The notes under the pieces: generated by a model
The model's input: only the letters and a program-made list of their open reading frames with translations
Database searches by the model: none
Told to the model about the DNA's origin: nothing
Source: Camelus dromedarius
Taxonomy: Eukaryota
Reading direction: 5' to 3'
Length of the DNA: 64,000 bases
NCBI RefSeq assembly: GCF_036321535.1
Contig: NC_087437.1
Span: 85,252,001-85,316,000, forward strand
Shown here: positions 26,101 to 37,034 of the stretch, one piece after another
Numbering within the stretch: position 1 is the stretch's first letter
Layout of the letters: each line of letters begins with the position of its first letter
Position numbers and translations under genes: made by a program

Positions 26101-29100
26101 TCTTATGATCCTTTGAAATTATGTGGTGTCAGTTGTTATGTCTCCTTTTTAATTTATAATGTTGATTTGGGTCTTTTCTCTTTTTTCTTAGGTTAGTCTA
26201 GTTAAGAGTTTGTCAATTTTGTTTATCTTTCAAAGAACCAACTCTTAGTTTGGTTAATCATTTTCATTGTTTTTATGTTCTCTATTTCATTTATTTTTGT
26301 ACTATTTATTAATTCCTTTATTGGCTAACTGTGGGGCCTTTTCTTCCTTTTCTAGTTCTTAAGGCATAGAGTTAAGTTGTTTATTTGGGTTTTTTTTTTT
26401 TTTTTTTTTTTTTGCTTCTTACTGTAGGTGTTTATTGCTATGAACTTCCCTCTTAGAACTGCTTGTGCTGTGTCTCACCAAATTCCAGTATGCTGTTTCC
26501 ATTTTTACTTGTCTCAAGAAATTGTTATTTCCCATTAGTTTCTTCTTTGATCAGTTAATTGTTCAGGACAGTGTTGCTTAATTTTCATGTGTTTATTAAT
26601 TCTCCAAATCCAATTTCATGTTATTATAGTCAGAGAAGGTACTTGGTATGATTTCAGTCTTCTTGAATTTGCTGACTTGTTTTGTAACCTAAACTATGGT
26701 CTATCTTAGAAAATGTTTCATTTGTTCTTGAGAAGAATATGTATTCAGCTCTTGTTGGAAGAATGATCTGTATGTGTCTGTTAGGTCCATAAGATCTGTA
26801 GCATTATTCAAGTTTTTTGTTTCCTCATTGATTCACTGTCTAGATGACCTGTGCATTAAGAGTAGGGTCTTCACTATTATTGCATTACTATTTATTTTTC
26901 CTTTAAGCTCTGTGAGTTTTTGCTTTATATATTTGGGTGCTCCAATGTTGAGTGCATAAATATTTACAATTATTATATCTTCTTGATGTATTGACATTTT
27001 TATCATTATAAAATGATCTTCTTTGTCTCTTTGTGCTATCTTTAGTTTAATGTCTCTTTTCCTGATGTAGGAATAGCTACTTATGCTCTTCTTAAGTTGC
27101 CATTTGCTTGACATGTATTTCTTCATCCCTTCATTCTCAGTCTATATGTGTCTTTAAGGCTAAAGTGATCTCTTGTAAGCAGCATATTGGTGGATCTTGT
27201 TCTTACATCTTACATTCAATGGCTTTTAGTTAGAGAATTTATTCTGTTTTTGTTTAAAGTAAATTTTGATAGGTAAGAACTTACTATTGTTGTTTTCTGG
27301 TTGTTTTTTTAGATCAATTATTCCTTATTTCTTTTCCTGCTTTCTATCTTTGTGTTTTGATATCTAATTTCATTGGAATTTGTAAACTTATACTTTCACT
27401 TCTCCTCCCCCTTATATTTTGGATTATTGCTATTAACAATTTACATTTTTTAATACTTTGTAACAATAACAGATTATTGTAATTATGGTTATTTTTGCTA
27501 TGTGTTCTTTAAACTTTGAAACTAGAATTGTAAGTGAATTTTTCACCACTATTACTGTATTGCAAAATCTAACAGTGACTATGTATTTACCATTTCCAGT
27601 GGGATTTACACTACCTTTTTATGTTTTTATGATGTTAATTGGCATTCTTTTACTTCCACTCAAAGAACTCCCCTTAGCTTTTCTTGTAAGGAAGGTGTGA
27701 TTGTAATGAATTCCTTCAGTTTTTGTTTGTTTGGGAAAGTCTTTAACCCTCCTTAGTTTCTGAAGGACAGCTTTGCTGGGTATAGAATTCTTGGTTAACA
27801 GTTATTTTCTTTCAATATTTTGAATATGTTATCCCATTTTCTGCAGGCCTGTAAAGTGTCTATTGGGAATCCTGCTGATACTTATGTGGGGGTTTCCTTG
27901 TTTCTAACTTCTCTCTTTTCTCTTACAGCTCTTAAAATTCTTTCTTTGACTTTTGGTAATTTAAATATATCTCAGTGTAGTCCTGTTTGGGTTCAACCTA
28001 TTTATCTTTTGGGTCTCATGGATTTGGATATCTATTTCTCTCCCAAAGTTTGGGAAGTTTTCAGCCATTGCTTTATATATGCATTCTGTCCCTTTATCTT
28101 CTCCTTCTGGGATTTGCATAATGCAATTATTTTTTCCTTTGTGTCACATAATTGTCATAAGCTTTTCCCTCTTTCTATTCCTTTTTTCTTTTTGTTCCCT
28201 TGACTGGGTAGTTTTCAGTGTCCTGTCCTCCAGGTTGCCGATTCTTTAGTGTGTATAATCAAGTATACTTTTTTTTTTTTTTTTGAATGATTGTTATTTC
28301 CTTACTGAACTTCTGGTTTTGTCCATGCATTGTTTTTCTAATTTCCTTACTTAGTTGTCTGTGTGTTCTTCTAGCTCATGGAACTTCCATAGGAGGATTA
28401 CTCTGGATTCTCTGACAGTTCATAAATCTCTATTTCTTTAGGGTCAGCTATTGGAGCTTTATTAATTTCTTTTGGCAGTTCTTATTTACCTGATTTTCAT
28501 GATCCTTGATTTCAAATCTGCACACCTGAGTAATCAGGCTTTTCTTCCAGAATTTACTGGGTTTTTTTTGGCAGAGGCCATTTTGCACCAGCCAATTCTG
28601 TTTGGTTTTCTGGGTGTGTCTGCTAGTAATGTCCTTAAGCAGTTGGTTCTTGCTATTATGGTCTTTTATAAGGCAAATCAGCTGTTGAAGTTCTGAAGTT
28701 GGGGATAAGGAGTGTGCCACTGACTGAGAACAGTTATATAGGACTGCTGTCTTGGTTCCCAACCCCAAGTAAGGTTGTGGTATGGGCTCTGTGGTTGCCT
28801 GGGTTCTCTGACCAGGCTTACTAGATAGTTGAAGCTGGGTACTATATTCACTAATTGATGCAGCAACAGATTATCTTCCTTACCCTAGAAGTGCAGCAGA
28901 ATGGGACCCAGGGTCTGTACAGCTCATTATTTGGGGACTCAACTAGGCTGGAGTGTGCACTGTATTTTTTGGTCAGGTGATGTCATCAGTTTGCTCTGCA
29001 AATAGGGGAAGCCATGGGATGTACTTTCTGAAAGTTTATGTGCCACTGGACATAGAGCTGTTAATGGGCTAAGTAGCTTCCCATGTGCTCTGGTTAAGTT

Positions 29101-30254
29101 CCCTGGATGGACAGACTGAAGACTGTATTCAGTAATGAATAGGGCTAAAAATTTGATTTTCTTCCCAGCCACAGAAGCAGCAGCTCTAAAGCAGTAAAGC
29201 TCTTTCTTTGTTATCTTAACTTAAGCTGATCCATGCCCCAAGTTTCCTGACTGAACTGAGCCACTGCCTTTGCTCTGAAAAGTAATGACTCTGACTGCCC
29301 ACCTCTTAGTTTGAGTAGCACTGGGTAGCTTCCAGGTGTTCTTACTAGCCTTTCTGGACAGATGGGGCTGGAAGTCACAGCAGGTGGGGCTCTGTCTCAG
29401 CTCCCTAACCTGGGCAAAAAAGGGTGGGCCACTCTAAGCAACTCTCATTTTTTCAAAAGGCCCTCCTGTTGGGAGGAACCAAGAGCTACCCTTAGCCTTG
29501 ACTATGAATTAATCCCCCTATCTGTGCATGGCAGGGGAACTCTCAATGCCTGGTGCTGGCTTTGCTCTAGGGCAATCAGTCCTACCCACCTACCTCTTGG
29601 CTGGAGTGCTGCTAGGCTACACAGCTTTTAGATGTTCCTTCCAGCTTCTTTGGTCAGATGTGGCCAGAAAGCATCTTCCACAGCAGGTGGAGCTGTGGCT
29701 CAGTTCCTTACATGAGTGTGGGCAAATTAGGCTCTAGGGCTGGAAAAACTCTATTTGAGAATCTGAATCAAGCAGATCTGCGTCTTGCTGAGTTCCCTGG
29801 TCAGAGTGCACCACCAGCTTGGTTCTGCAGGTAAGCAAGACTGCTGGTTAGGGTTATTATTTAGGTGCTGCAGCCATGAACTCAGCCTGACGAGACCCCT
29901 ATGCTGGTTGTTGCAAGCCCCAAAGATTCCCTTGCAATCCCCACAAGATCAGAGTAGGGGCTCCCACAAAATGACCAACAAATCTGGGGGTGCTGATTGT
30001 TCTCCCTGTGCTCTCTTTTCTCACTGGAGAAACCAGAGGCTCAGGAGAGACCACTTCTTATGGGGCTCTGCTGGCCTGGGGGAGGGGTCGACACGGTTAA
30101 CATGTAGCTGCTTCCACCACCTTCTAATGCAGTCTATCTTGGTTTCTGTGGTGTAGTGGTGTGCTTAAGCCTTGCGGTTGTGTTTCAGGATTCTCTCAGT
30201 GGTGCCTTGTTTGAAAATGTGTTAGTTGTTGTTCCTGTGTTGCATTATCGGTGA
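23178..30254 (-). mobile_element. Near-full-length old LINE-1 (~7.1 kb; L1MA9-like 3' end, monomeric 5'UTR), all ORFs decayed
   Basis: TSD tgtgtattc at 23169-23177 and 30255-30263. 3'UTR ~23178-23930; ORF2 C-terminus 23934-24164 (MRYHLTPV); EN 26833-27126 (EDIIIVNIYALNIGAPKYIKQ); ORF1 ~27700-28520; 5'UTR ~28550-30254. Confidence 0.95.
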
Positions 30255-31119
30255 TGTGTATTCATTCTAAGATTGAATTTTATGAGTAATAAAATTAGTA
30301 ATAAAATGTTCATTTTCTAATTTTGATAAAGACACAAATGCAAGTTAGATATATTAAATAATGTGTTGCCAAGTCACAACAGTAAATAAAACAATATACA
30401 GCAAAAATTTGTACTCAAAATCCATTTACTTACAATATCCATAACTTTAAATGAGAATTGTTTTGGCAATACTAAAATGTGTTGAGAAGTAGGTTACATT
30501 AGTAACCAAACAAGCAGTCAAATCAGCATATATCTATATAATGGATTCATTAGGTGTTTGGCTCTTCTATTGGTTAAACTTTATGTGCATTAGCTCGGAA
30601 GTCAATAGAACTACTGAATTTAATGAGAAAGGTGTTTTGTGACTGATTACTTATTCATAGGCTGAAACACTCTAAATTTTTACTGTACTATTTTAACAAG
30701 TAAAGAAGGTTTGAAAGACTCTGAGAAAATTGTTGCCTGACTCCAAAATTAATTATTCTCAGAGAGTGCTTAGTAAAGTATAGGAAATAAAAGTAAAAGC
30801 CTGCTGCCAAGCATCAATAGACACAAAAATGAAAGTAGATTAATAATGTTCAATTTTCATGTTAACTACCACACTAGAAAATAAATAAAATAGGAATGCA
30901 GCATATGATATTATTATTGACTAAAATATGAATAGTAAAAGGAAAGAAGAGTTTTAAAGAAATGTAATATGGAAATGAAATAGTTCCTAGCATTATTTTT
31001 TTCTTTCTTTGCTAGTTTTATTCAGCGCAAATGTGACATGAGGAAACATAGCTATAGCTACCACTAAGTGTTTGTATTGAAATAACAGAATTTGTTCATT
31101 CTAAAAGTTACAGGACAGA

Positions 31120-31500
31120 CATCCAGATCCACCTAAGACAGAGCAGGCACACTTCATCCAGCCTTTCCCAGTGATTACCAAAACAACTGGCCGGAATATA
31201 TAAAGCAATTACCTACTGACCCTGAAAAGTAAATAATGGCAGGCAAACTTGGAAGGGAAATAAAAATTCAAAGAACAACCAATACAGTGATAGATTCCTA
31301 TTCTAGATTTTTTTTCATTTCATTTCTCTTATTTCTGTTTTTTTCATTCCATATCTCATGACAGACAGCCTGAATCCCAGAATTGCATAACTGACTGCAT
31401 AGCTGACACCTATGGAAACGTCTCCATGTAATAAATAAAACAAGCAAACAAAAAAAATTCTCTCTTCCCAGCCTGATAACTCAGAATGGAGACTCTGTGC
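31120..31500 (+). mobile_element. Ancient L1M (L1M4/L1ME-type) 5' end fragment
   Basis: cacttcatccagcctttcccagtgattacc...aaagcaattacctactgaccctgaaaagtaaataatggcaggcaaacttggaagggaa resembles recalled old L1 5' ends. Confidence 0.55.
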
Positions 31501-31504
31501 TATA

Positions 31505-32900
31505 AGGAGGTTCCAATTAGCAAGACCATCAGTCACAGAAACTTGTATTACCTCCAATACCCGTAAGAGCACAAAAATGTGCTGAGTTGCATGTTGTGGT
31601 GGGAGGCCAAGGGGAAAAGCAGTTTTGTTGTTGTTTGTTTTTGTCTTTTAATTGCTGGAGGTATTGACCGTTTGAATTTACCCACACAGTCCCAGAAATT
31701 TTACTTGGCAAGCAGATCCCTGAATTTTGTCTGCTGGTGAAAGTGCGTTAACACCACAGACAAGGCTGCTGAAACTGAGGTTTCTGATTTGCCAACAAAC
31801 CATCTATATAGCAAAAGTTTTGGACATCAGAGGATAGAGATACACTAAATCCTTCCCCACCCACTGACAGCAAATGGTGTGAGTGTTATCACAAGTATGT
31901 CCCTGTTTGTAGCTTTTCCCTGATCAGAATCATCCCATCTGGCAAGTTCTGGGATGCAGAATGTAAATATATAACATACTAATTCCTAGAGTATATTTAG
32001 ATATAGAAGCAACCAAAACAAAACACTGAATTGGGCAACTGATACAACCTACAAGGTCACATTAGTTTTCCTCCCCTTCCCCAGCATGAATTATGCTCAA
32101 ACTGTACCTTACATGTGCTTCCTTCTCTGTGCGACAGACCAAGGAGTTTAATGGAAACATGAGTGAGAGTTTACAATTTCTAGGTAATTAGACTATCCAC
32201 CACCAGGACTACAGGGAAGTACAGGGCAGAGAGGGAGGTAGTTCACTAAGAATGGCTGAGAGAATTTTGGTTTTCATTTTAGCTCGTTGCTTCAGGGTGC
32301 ATACTTCCTCCTCTCCTAGTAACTCCGCTTCCAAAGTGTCTGGGCTCAGGGGTTCCTTTCTGTCCTTTGTATGCTATTGTGCTGTATCCCCAAATCCTGC
32401 ACTTACTTCTCTCTCTCCCTTTTTAACTGGACAGGGTGATTTTGGCATTTATAGCCAAAAGAAATATAAAAATTTACTTCCTCCCATTTCATAAAGATCC
32501 CTAGCACACTTCGCTTTTTTCTTATCATGATTGAGGTTGTATTGCAGGAGTGAGGGATCATGGAATGGGAGGTAAAAAAAATCTTCTATTCTAGCAAGCA
32601 AGAGATTATATTTACTTCTGGTGACAAGTGGCCAGAAGATAAGCAGAGTCAACTAAAATAAATTCTCCCTTGTCAACCAAAATATCTATATCTTCATTTA
32701 TTTCAGTTGTGAGGACATTTCAGCAGCCACAGCCATACTGCTTTTTGGTTGGAGCTGTGGTTTGCTGCTTTATAGTCATGATAATATCCCTACTCTTCCA
32801 TCCTGCAGAAGAGTAAGCAAAAATCAAAGCATAATTCAGGCAGTGTGTTTCAAACCTACCTTGTACTCTCAGCCTCACTGAAAGGTAACCTTCACTTCCA
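31505..32900 (-). mobile_element. Class III (ERVL-like) ERV internal remnant: possible gag, protease and RT; inverted relative to the rest of pol
   Basis: Hand translation, minus strand: VLVASISKYTLGISML 32019-31972 (protease end); NTHTICCQWVGKDL 31887-31846; FCYIDGLLA 31816-31790 (YIDD motif); DKIQGSACQVKFLG from 31731; PPTT 31606-31595; YGYWR 31565-31551; QVSVTDGLANWNL 31545-31507. Confidence 0.88.
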
Positions 32901-33900
32901 CCAGGAGGCAGCCTCCACTGAGAGCCACCCCTTCAGACCTTCCTGACATGATTGAAACCCTTCTGAATAGCAACTGCTAACTTGCTACGGAGCTTTTATC
33001 AAAATTGAATGCCTGACCCAGGAAGGCTTTGTGACTCTCTGTCCTGATACGACTACTTTGTGGTAGGTCAACTTGGATTCAACCACTATTAAGAGAGAAA
33101 GACCAAAAAAAGCTTAGTTTGTCAAATGATCATTGTATATTCAAGAACATAGTTGGTCTCTCCCTAGATGTAACTGGACTTTACATAAAAAGTGGCAGCT
33201 TTATCTCTAGATAAATCTTTATACCATAGTGCATTGCTTCAAGCAAAGCCTGCCTCCCTTTGGCTCACAGTTCCCCAGGGATCATCTACATGTTTGGGCC
33301 TGGGCCTTTGATGGTTTGGTTAAGCTGAAAGCCAAGGGTATCTACTGGGTTTTTCTGGGGGCTGTTTAGTCACAACACTAGCTATTCAGGACAAAAAGAA
33401 GACATTGTCATGTCACTCAGAAGTTCAGCACTTCAACTCAGTGGCCTAGCTACTCGGTCTGCCACTTGGAAAACCACAGACTGGCAGATTGATGACATTC
33501 TTCTTCAGGACCACAAGCTGTGGAAACAAATTGCAGCTGCCAGTTGAACTGTCTGGGTCACTCATCTTCCCCTAGTAAGGTCCCACTCTCTAAAAATGAC
33601 ACCAGCTACTGCTCCTGATTGAGCTTTAATTTGTGTTTGATTCAGAGGCTACCACTACAGGACTGACTTGTGACTCCTGCTGAAAATGAACCCATTAGTC
33701 CTGCAGTAGGGGAGACTACCTCACAAGCTCTTGGCAGATTGACTCAATCAGAACTAATCTGTGCATTCTTTTTGTCTTTCTAGATCATTTTCAGTCTGAC
33801 TAGTGGTGTTCCTTTAATCACAAAAGCTATTCAGCAATAGCCTGAGAGTCTGCTTCTACCTCCCTCATCTTTCCCTGCTCTAGACATTTTAGAGTAAGAG
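32901..33900 (+). mobile_element. Class III (ERVL-like) ERV pol remnant: tether, RNase H and integrase
   Basis: Hand translation, plus strand: PSE*QLLTCYGAFIKIECLT 32959-33018 (cf. PFEKQLLACYWALVETERLT); YIQE 33136; WAFDG 33301; SGLATRSATWKTTDWQID...LWKQIAAAS*TVWVTH 33440-33565 (RNase H); CDSC 33669 and WQID 33732 (integrase); HFQSD 33786. Confidence 0.9.
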
Positions 33901-33991
33901 AGTTTGGTCTTTGACTTCAGCTGTCCCCAAGGGATGATTTTATCTCATTTACTTCCTGGATAATTATGAGGAAAACAGAAGTGGTAGAGGT

Positions 33992-34674
33992 TGTGGAAGT
34001 TAGCCAACTGTGAAGTTAGGGGAACTGTCCACACAGAACTACCCTCACTTCTGCCACCAATTACAAGTTCAGGGTGTTCCCCAAATCACCATCAGTTTCA
34101 ATAATTTGTTAGAAAGATTCACAGAACTCACTGAAAATTGTTCTATACACAGTTATAGTACATTACAGGAAAAGGATACATATTAAAGTCAGCCAGTGGA
34201 AGAAACATTCAGGATAAACTCTAGGAAGAGACAAACATGGAGCTTCTAGTCACATTGTCCCCATGGAGTCAGGACAGCATTACTTTCCGAGCATTAATGT
34301 GTGACAGTGCACATTTATTGACAACTAAGGATGTTCATCTATGCATCAGTGTTCATAGTTTTTATTGCAGATCCATCATGTAGACACAACTGTCTGCCCA
34401 CATTGCTGATTACAGTCTCAAGTCTCCAGCCCCTCAGGAGTTCTCCTAATACTGTGCGATCTAAAGCCCTGACTGTAAGTGACATTGTTTATGCGTGAGG
34501 TGACCTGCCCCTACCCTAAACCCATTGTTGTACTATTCAGTATAACCCAAGACCCCAAGCAAACAAAGACATTCTGATTATGCATGACATTCTAAGGGCT
34601 TAGGGATTGCCTCTCAGGAGCTGAGAGCAAAGGCCAGATATCTCTTAGGGTATGATTAAATTCTTTACTACTCA
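33992..34674 (-). mobile_element. MER21C/MER77-like ERVL solo LTR
   Basis: TG...CA termini. Minus strand begins tgagtagtaaagaatttaatcataccctaagagatatctggcctttgctctcagctcctgagaggcaatccctaagcccttagaatgtc, matching the recalled MER21C/MER77 5' end. Confidence 0.85.
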
Positions 34675-35214
34675 GGAGATTATAAACCTAGTTTGAAATA
34701 CGGACTTAGTTTGAAAATGCATAGTTTCTTCCTAATTATTCCAGGTCATAATGCTTTTTTTTTTTTTTTTTTTTTTTCATTTTGCTGATAGCAACTCAAA
34801 ACCAGCCTGGTTGATAACCCCTTAGATGGCTCCCAGCAAATAGGAGTCTCGGGAATTCAAGCAATTCAGATCTACATTTTATAAAGGTGCTCTTATCCCT
34901 CTTATTACTGATGCTTCCAGACAAAAGTCCTAGGCACCCCCAATTTAAGGATTTAGAGTGAGGGCAGCATCCTGATTCTTGGGGTGAGAACACATTAGAT
35001 CCCAAGAGGTACAGAGGATGATCATCTTTGTCATTCAGAACTACCCACAACAGATTCAAGACTCACTTGACACTCATGCTGCCTGCTCTGCTGTGAACAA
35101 TACATTGCTCTGTCTCTGTCCCCAACAGCCTTGTACTTTGCAAGCATTTATGAAAGTGTGTCAGCCTAATATTTTTAGTTAACAAATAGGCTAAAATCTC
35201 AGATCCTCTACTGT

Positions 35215-35380
35215 TTCAAAGAGAAAAATAAAACTGGAGGACTCATACTATCTGATTTTAAGACTATAAAGATATATTAAATAGGACAATGTGATATTGG
35301 TGAAAGGAAAGAGATATAGATGAATGAAACAGAACAAACTGTCCAGAAAAAGAACCACTTATATTGGGGAAGTTTATTTT
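35215..35380 (+). mobile_element. Old L1M ORF2 fragment, left half of an interrupted host L1
   Basis: aaaactggaggactcatactatctgattttaagac (K.GGL.L.DFK)...gtccagaaa; breaks in the YGQLIF motif. Confidence 0.75.
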
Positions 35381-36360
35381 TTAAGTGAACTTTTAATTTT
35401 GAAATGACTGTAGATTTGGAAGCAGAATGGATTATATGAAATAATACAAAGAAATCCTGTATATATTTGATCCTATGTATCTTTGTAAATGGTAATTATA
35501 ATTATAAAAAATGTAAAATTATAGCAGAGTATCACAACCAAGATATTGACATTGATACAGCCAAGATATAGAAATTTCTGTCACCATAAGCTCTCTTCAT
35601 GTTGACCTTTAATAAGCACATTTACTTCTCTCCATCTCCATCTACTCATTAACCCCTGGCAGCTACTATTAATTTCTCTATTTCTATAATTTTGTCATTA
35701 AAAATGTAATATAAATAGAATAATACAGTATGCAACCATTTGGTCTTGCCTTCTTTTCACTTAACATAATTTTATAGAGATTCGATGGGTTGTTGTTTCA
35801 TTAAAAGTTTCTTCATTTTTATTGCTGAGTAGTATTCCATATATAGATGTACCAATGTTTAGCTGTTCACCTGTTGGACATTTTAATTGTTTTCCTTTCT
35901 CAGCTATTATGAAAGCTATAAGCATTCATGGAGGACTTTGCATGAAAATAGTTTTAGATTTTGTTTTTGAAATAAATACTCAAGCGTGCAGTTGCTGGGT
36001 AAAATGGTAGTTGCACGTTTAGTTTTATAGGAAACTGCCAAATTCTGTGCCAGAGTTCTTGTATCGTTTTATGTTCCTAACAGCAATGTACTAGTGATCC
36101 AGTTTCTCTGAATTCTCTCTAGTTTTGGTGCTGTTAATAATATTATTTTTTAAAAATTTTAGCCATTTGGATAAATGTGTAATAATACCTCAGTATGGTT
36201 CTAATTTACATTTCAATCATGCTAATGATGTTATGCATTTTTATGTGCCTGTTTGCCATTTATATAAACACTTTGGTAAAATGTCTGTCCCTGACAGTTG
36301 CTCATTTTTAACTCGATTGTTGAGGAGCTCTTTTCAACTTTTAAGTTTAGAGTTCTAAGT

Positions 36361-36455
36361 GGGGGTGGGTATAGCTCAGTGGTAGAGTACATGCTTAGCA
36401 TACACAAGGTCTCAGGTTCAATCCCCGTACCCCCATTAAAAATAAATAAATCCTA
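36361..36455 (+). mobile_element. tRNA-Ala-derived SINE, Vic-1-like (camelid)
   Basis: gggtgggtatagctcagtggtagagtacatgcttagcatacacaaggtctcaggttcaatcccc...attaaaaataaataaatcctaa. A box 36372-36382, B box 36415-36424, AGC anticodon loop. Flanking repeat agagttct at 36349-36356 and 36456-36463. Confidence 0.9.
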
Positions 36456-36884
36456 AGAGTTCTTTATATAGTCTAAGATCTAATTTTTGTTGGATATGAG
36501 GCTTGAAATTATTTTTTCCATGCCTGCAGCTTATGTTTTTATTCTCTTAATAGTTTCTTTCATGTGGCAGAATATAAGTAGTCTTTGTTTATGCCTATAT
36601 TCCAAAGATTTTCTCAAGGTTTTATTGTTTATTTTTGGAAAAATTAAGAGTCTTTCATAGAGCAGACTTTTTAAATATTTCCTTTTATGGATCATGCCTT
36701 TGGTATCAGGTCTAAGAATGCTTGCTGAGCATTATATTTGAAAATGTTTTATTATTTGTTACCTAAATCTTTTAAAATTTTACATTTAAGTTCATGATCC
36801 ATTTTGAGTCAAATTTTGTTTTTAATTAATATTTGTGGCTTTAGGTTGAGGTTTTTTCTTTTGTCTGATTGTCTATTATTTAGT

Positions 36885-37032
36885 TATTTTTAACACCTTT
36901 ATTGTAGTATGATTCCTGTACAGTAAACTACACGTTTTAGATGTACAATTTGATGAATTTTGATAGATGTATACACAAATGAAACCAGTACCACAATCAA
37001 GATGGCTAACATTTCCATCGCTCCCCAAGAGG
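36885..37032 (-). mobile_element. L1MB-like 3' terminal fragment
   Basis: ttttaacacctttattgtagtatgatt...tgtacaatttgatgaattttgatagatgtatacac...accacaatcaagat...acatttccatcgctcccc. Confidence 0.75.
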
Positions 37033-37034
37033 TG

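Noticed and set aside
29362..30156. Plus-strand ORFs antisense to the L1 5'UTR as an ORF0 analogue
   Set aside because: Overlapping short ORFs in an old diverged UTR, with no equivalent peptide evident in the paralogous 5'UTR at 57 kb.
33992..34674. MER21C/MER77-like LTR as the 5' LTR of the neighbouring ERV
   Set aside because: It is antisense to the adjacent RNaseH/integrase half and has no TGG primer-binding site beside it; better read as an independent solo LTR.
36364..36436. Functional tRNA-Ala gene
   Set aside because: Stems carry mismatches, it has an AT-rich tail and flanking repeat, and it sits inside an L1, so it is a SINE.
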